This document shows, one piece after another, positions 61,126 through 64,000 of a stretch of 64,000 nucleotides of DNA. A model generated the notes under the pieces. That model was given only the letters and a program-made list of their open reading frames with translations. It was not told where the DNA came from and searched no databases. Position 1 is the stretch's first letter. Each line of letters starts with the position of its first letter. Origin of the DNA: Candidatus Bathyarchaeota archaeon (GTDB lineage: Archaea; Thermoproteota; Bathyarchaeia; Bathyarchaeales; Bathycorpusculaceae). Location of the stretch: NCBI GenBank assembly GCA_963733095.1, contig CAVTBV010000007.1, positions 32,001 to 96,000 on the forward strand, in the 5' to 3' direction. The translations under genes were made by a program, and so were the position numbers.

Positions 61126-64000
61126 TTATTGATTTTTCTTGCTTCGGATTTGGTTATCAACGTGCCTCTTTATTGTGTCTTTTTCATAGCTTAACCTGAG
61201 GCGCATAATTTTTCCTCCTCGCCCTCTTTCTCCTGTGAAGAACCTTACCTCGACCAACCCTCGTCGTTCCAGTTCAACTATCGCTCGACCTCTATGGTTC
61301 TTAAAACCGTAGAGGCTTGATTGAGGTATCTTCTGGTTGGTACTGATTTCAATGAGTGATCTCCATCCTGCTTTCTCTGCTGCTAATCTGTGTTGCATAT
61401 AATCTTTGATGAACTCCTTTGTTAGGTAATTGAACACTTTTTCCGCAACTTCGGAGGTAAATTGAAAGTGCCCTTCTCTTGGTTCTTGATTAATGAATTC
61501 AGCAGCAGATTTCTCTTTTAAATTATTAAGATCAGATTCTTTAGGTTCCCCTTCTTTGTTTGAGGTCTGAACGGTAATGTTGATTGGCGTTTCGCACATT
61601 TTGGTGTTCCCTTGTTCGTCTTTGTACTTAACGATAGAAGTGATGGTAAATTGTCCGGTTTTTTTGGCCTGCATCGCAAAGTCGACTGTGATTACGCTGA
61701 ATGGTTGAAGCTCAGTTTCCTGCAGCAATAATGTTGTTTTATTTAGTTTTGAGGTATGCGATTGTTCGAGCACATCAATCTCTGAAGGCACAATACTGCA
61801 CATTTCTATTGAAAAAGCTCCCCTCGAGACATTGATTATGTCCAACCTGCCATGGAATGTTTCGCCCGCAATGACTTTTATGGGTGTTATAAAATATGCC
61901 TTGACATTTGGCTTGGCAAACTTTTGGTCCCATTCTGAATTTGTTTGTGTTATTTTTTCTCTAATTGTGTTTGCGTTACTTTTGTCGCCGCTTTTTTCTA
62001 GCACCCATGCGTAATCAGATAGTAGGAGATTGAGTAATCGTGGATTCGAGAATTTCCTGTGAAATATGGTGATATATTTTTCAAGTTGTTCTGAGGCTTG
62101 TTTGAATTTGCCTAGTCCAGCAAGCAAAACGGCTTGAGCTAGGGCGTAGTAGAATATCAATATTGTCTCGCGGTTGGTTTCTGTTGGTGTAAATATTGTT
62201 TTTAGTTTGGCGTCATATTCCAATGCTTTGGCTGTTTTTCCCAGTTTTACGAATTGTTTTACCAGATTCGAGTATACCATTGCAAGGAATAGGGGTGAGT
62301 TGGCTTTGTTGGAGTATTCGATAGCTGTGAAGTTTTTTTCTGTCGCGCCTTTTAAATCACCTGTTGCACTGAGTAGCAGGGATAAAAAGCAATTTGCCTT
62401 TGCTAGGATGATGTGATTGCCCATCCTTGTTTCTTGCTCGATTGTGGAGACTTTTTCCAGCATTCTTTGTGCTTCAGGGTAGAGTCCGCAGTAGATGAAT
62501 ACTTTTCCAGCCTGATTGTAGGCTTCCATCATTGAACGTAAATCGCCTAATCCATTGTATATTGCGAGTGAGCGCAAACAGTAGGCTATTGCTTTTTCCA
62601 CCTCTCCTTGTCCTGAGGCGAAATCGGCGACTACGAACAATAACCATGCTGTGTCGGAGAGGGCGTATTCTTCTTCAAAGATTCTTAGGGATTCTTCGCA
62701 TAGTTTTATCGCTTCTGGGATTTGGCCATATAGGTTTGTCTCCACGACTCCTTTGTAGTGAAGGATTCGGGCTTTTTCAATTTGGTTTAGGTTTTCTTCG
62801 TTTTCTTCCTTCTTTATCAGGTTTTCAATTTCGTGTGTGTCTCCTTGGAAAAAGGCGGCGCGCATGGCTTTGATTAAGGCTTGTTGGCGAATAGGTCGGG
62901 TGCTGATTTCAGCTAAGGTCTTGTATGTTTTTATTGCATCTTTGAAAGCGTTATTTGCGTAGAAGGCCTCACCTAGTCCTTCTAAGACTTTCTTTCTTGT
63001 TTCTAAGTTCTCTGGTGTATCGTTGATTGTTTGGAGGGCCCAGGTAAAAAGCTGTATGGCTTCAGTGTTGCTGTATCTTGCTAAGGCATCTTTGCCTGCC
63101 AGGATGCTGTATTCTATTGCTTTTGGGTTATTTCCGGCTTGAGTGTAATGGAAGGCTAGTTGATTTACGGAGAAACCCGAATCTTGTTTGTTTTCCATTT
63201 GTTGCCCGATTCTTTGGTGATAGGCTATTTTTAGTGGCTTTGAGATTTCTTGGTAGAGAACTTCCCTTGTCATGGCATGATCAAAAGTGTAGACGTTGTC
63301 TTCTAGTCGTAATAGGAACGTGGTATGGAACATTTTGTTTAGTGTTTCAAGAACGATCAGGCTGTCAATTGAGAGGACAGAGGCAATTAGGTTGCCGTCA
63401 AATTTGTCTCCTATGACTGCAGCTACGTCAAGGATTCTTCTTTCTTCAGGTTTTAGGGGTTCTAGTCTTCGGAGGATTATTTCTCTAACTCTGTAAGGGA
63501 TTCCTATCTTGTTTTTTAGCTGCCATGTTTTTTGTTTTCTGACGAGGCCTCCGTTTTCTGATAGCATGCGGATGGTCTCTACGACAAAGAGGGGATTGCC
63601 ATGGCTTTCGTCTGATATGCTCTGTATTAAGGCTGGATCAAGGAAGCCTCCGAGCATGCTTTTGGCAATCTTTCCTATGTTTGTTTTATTTAGGTTTGCT
63701 AGTTTGATTTCTTTGAACAATGCTTCTCGACCCATTAGATGCAATGTACTGGCAAGTGGTCGGGAGCCTTCTCCGCTAGTTAATTCTTCGTTTCTGAATG
63801 TTCCCACTATCATTATTCGTTCTGAGCCCATGGCGCGGGACATGTAGTGAAGAAGGGCTAAGGATGCGGTGTCTGCCCAATGTAGGTCTTCTAGTATCAA
63901 CACCAACGGTTTTGATGCGGACAGGAAAAGTAGTTCTTTAGTGACTGTTAAAAAAGTTCGGTCTTTCCAAACGAGCGTTGGTTCATGGGTTGGTCCGTCG
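61126..64000 (-). CDS. AAA/STAND-like ATPase-TPR protein with C-terminal HTH-like domain (5' end outside the window)
   Basis: LILEDLHWAD Walker B, GNPLF, TPR-like helices, C-terminal SSLYG...ELERRGLVE. Confidence 0.88.
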   Translation of the reverse strand, partial: DGPTHEPTLVWKDRTFLTVTKELLFLSASKPLVLILEDLHWADTASLALLHYMSRAMGSERIMIVGTFRNEELTSGEGSRPLASTLHLMGREALFKEIKLANLNKTNIGKIAKSMLGGFLDPALIQSISDESHGNPLFVVETIRMLSENGGLVRKQKTWQLKNKIGIPYRVREIILRRLEPLKPEERRILDVAAVIGDKFDGNLIASVLSIDSLIVLETLNKMFHTTFLLRLEDNVYTFDHAMTREVLYQEISKPLKIAYHQRIGQQMENKQDSGFSVNQLAFHYTQAGNNPKAIEYSILAGKDALARYSNTEAIQLFTWALQTINDTPENLETRKKVLEGLGEAFYANNAFKDAIKTYKTLAEISTRPIRQQALIKAMRAAFFQGDTHEIENLIKKEENEENLNQIEKARILHYKGVVETNLYGQIPEAIKLCEESLRIFEEEYALSDTAWLLFVVADFASGQGEVEKAIAYCLRSLAIYNGLGDLRSMMEAYNQAGKVFIYCGLYPEAQRMLEKVSTIEQETRMGNHIILAKANCFLSLLLSATGDLKGATEKNFTAIEYSNKANSPLFLAMVYSNLVKQFVKLGKTAKALEYDAKLKTIFTPTETNRETILIFYYALAQAVLLAGLGKFKQASEQLEKYITIFHRKFSNPRLLNLLLSDYAWVLEKSGDKSNANTIREKITQTNSEWDQKFAKPNVKAYFITPIKVIAGETFHGRLDIINVSRGAFSIEMCSIVPSEIDVLEQSHTSKLNKTTLLLQETELQPFSVITVDFAMQAKKTGQFTITSIVKYKDEQGNTKMCETPINITVQTSNKEGEPKESDLNNLKEKSAAEFINQEPREGHFQFTSEVAEKVFNYLTKEFIKDYMQHRLAAEKAGWRSLIEISTNQKIPQSSLYGFKNHRGRAIVELERRGLVEVRFFTGERGRGGKIMRLRLSYEKDTIKRHVDNQIRSKKNQ

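Overview
Archaeal DNA, probably Bathyarchaeia (inferred from an archaeal-type DnaG, frequent TTG/GTG starts, and PEF-CTERM and PQQ-propeller surface proteins). Bases 1-4300 look like ordinary chromosome: dnaG 5' end, a ParB-domain protein, thioredoxin and ferredoxin. From about 4.3 to 54.7 kb is an accessory mosaic of 1-3 gene modules: UvsE, DUF523/DUF1722, SOUL, fasciclin, a divergent heliorhodopsin, hemerythrin, GH15 plus sugar porter, superoxide reductase, a copper cluster, an SBP-SBP-histidine kinase module, haloperoxidase, S53 peptidase and others. The spacers between modules are a patchwork of recurring repeats. The most striking are about a dozen degenerate tRNA 3' halves (T-arm plus acceptor strand, some ending CCA), a conserved ~35 bp motif that precedes several of them, 11-6-11 palindromes, a ~320 bp non-coding repeat in 3 copies, and a ~420 bp duplicated gene-plus-site module. 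In 44.7-54.1 kb these sites follow almost every gene in the gene's own orientation, which resembles an integron-like cassette array built on tRNA-derived att sites. I saw no integrase, intact tRNA or CRISPR in the window, so that mechanism is an inference. All family assignments come from motif recognition by eye, not database searches.
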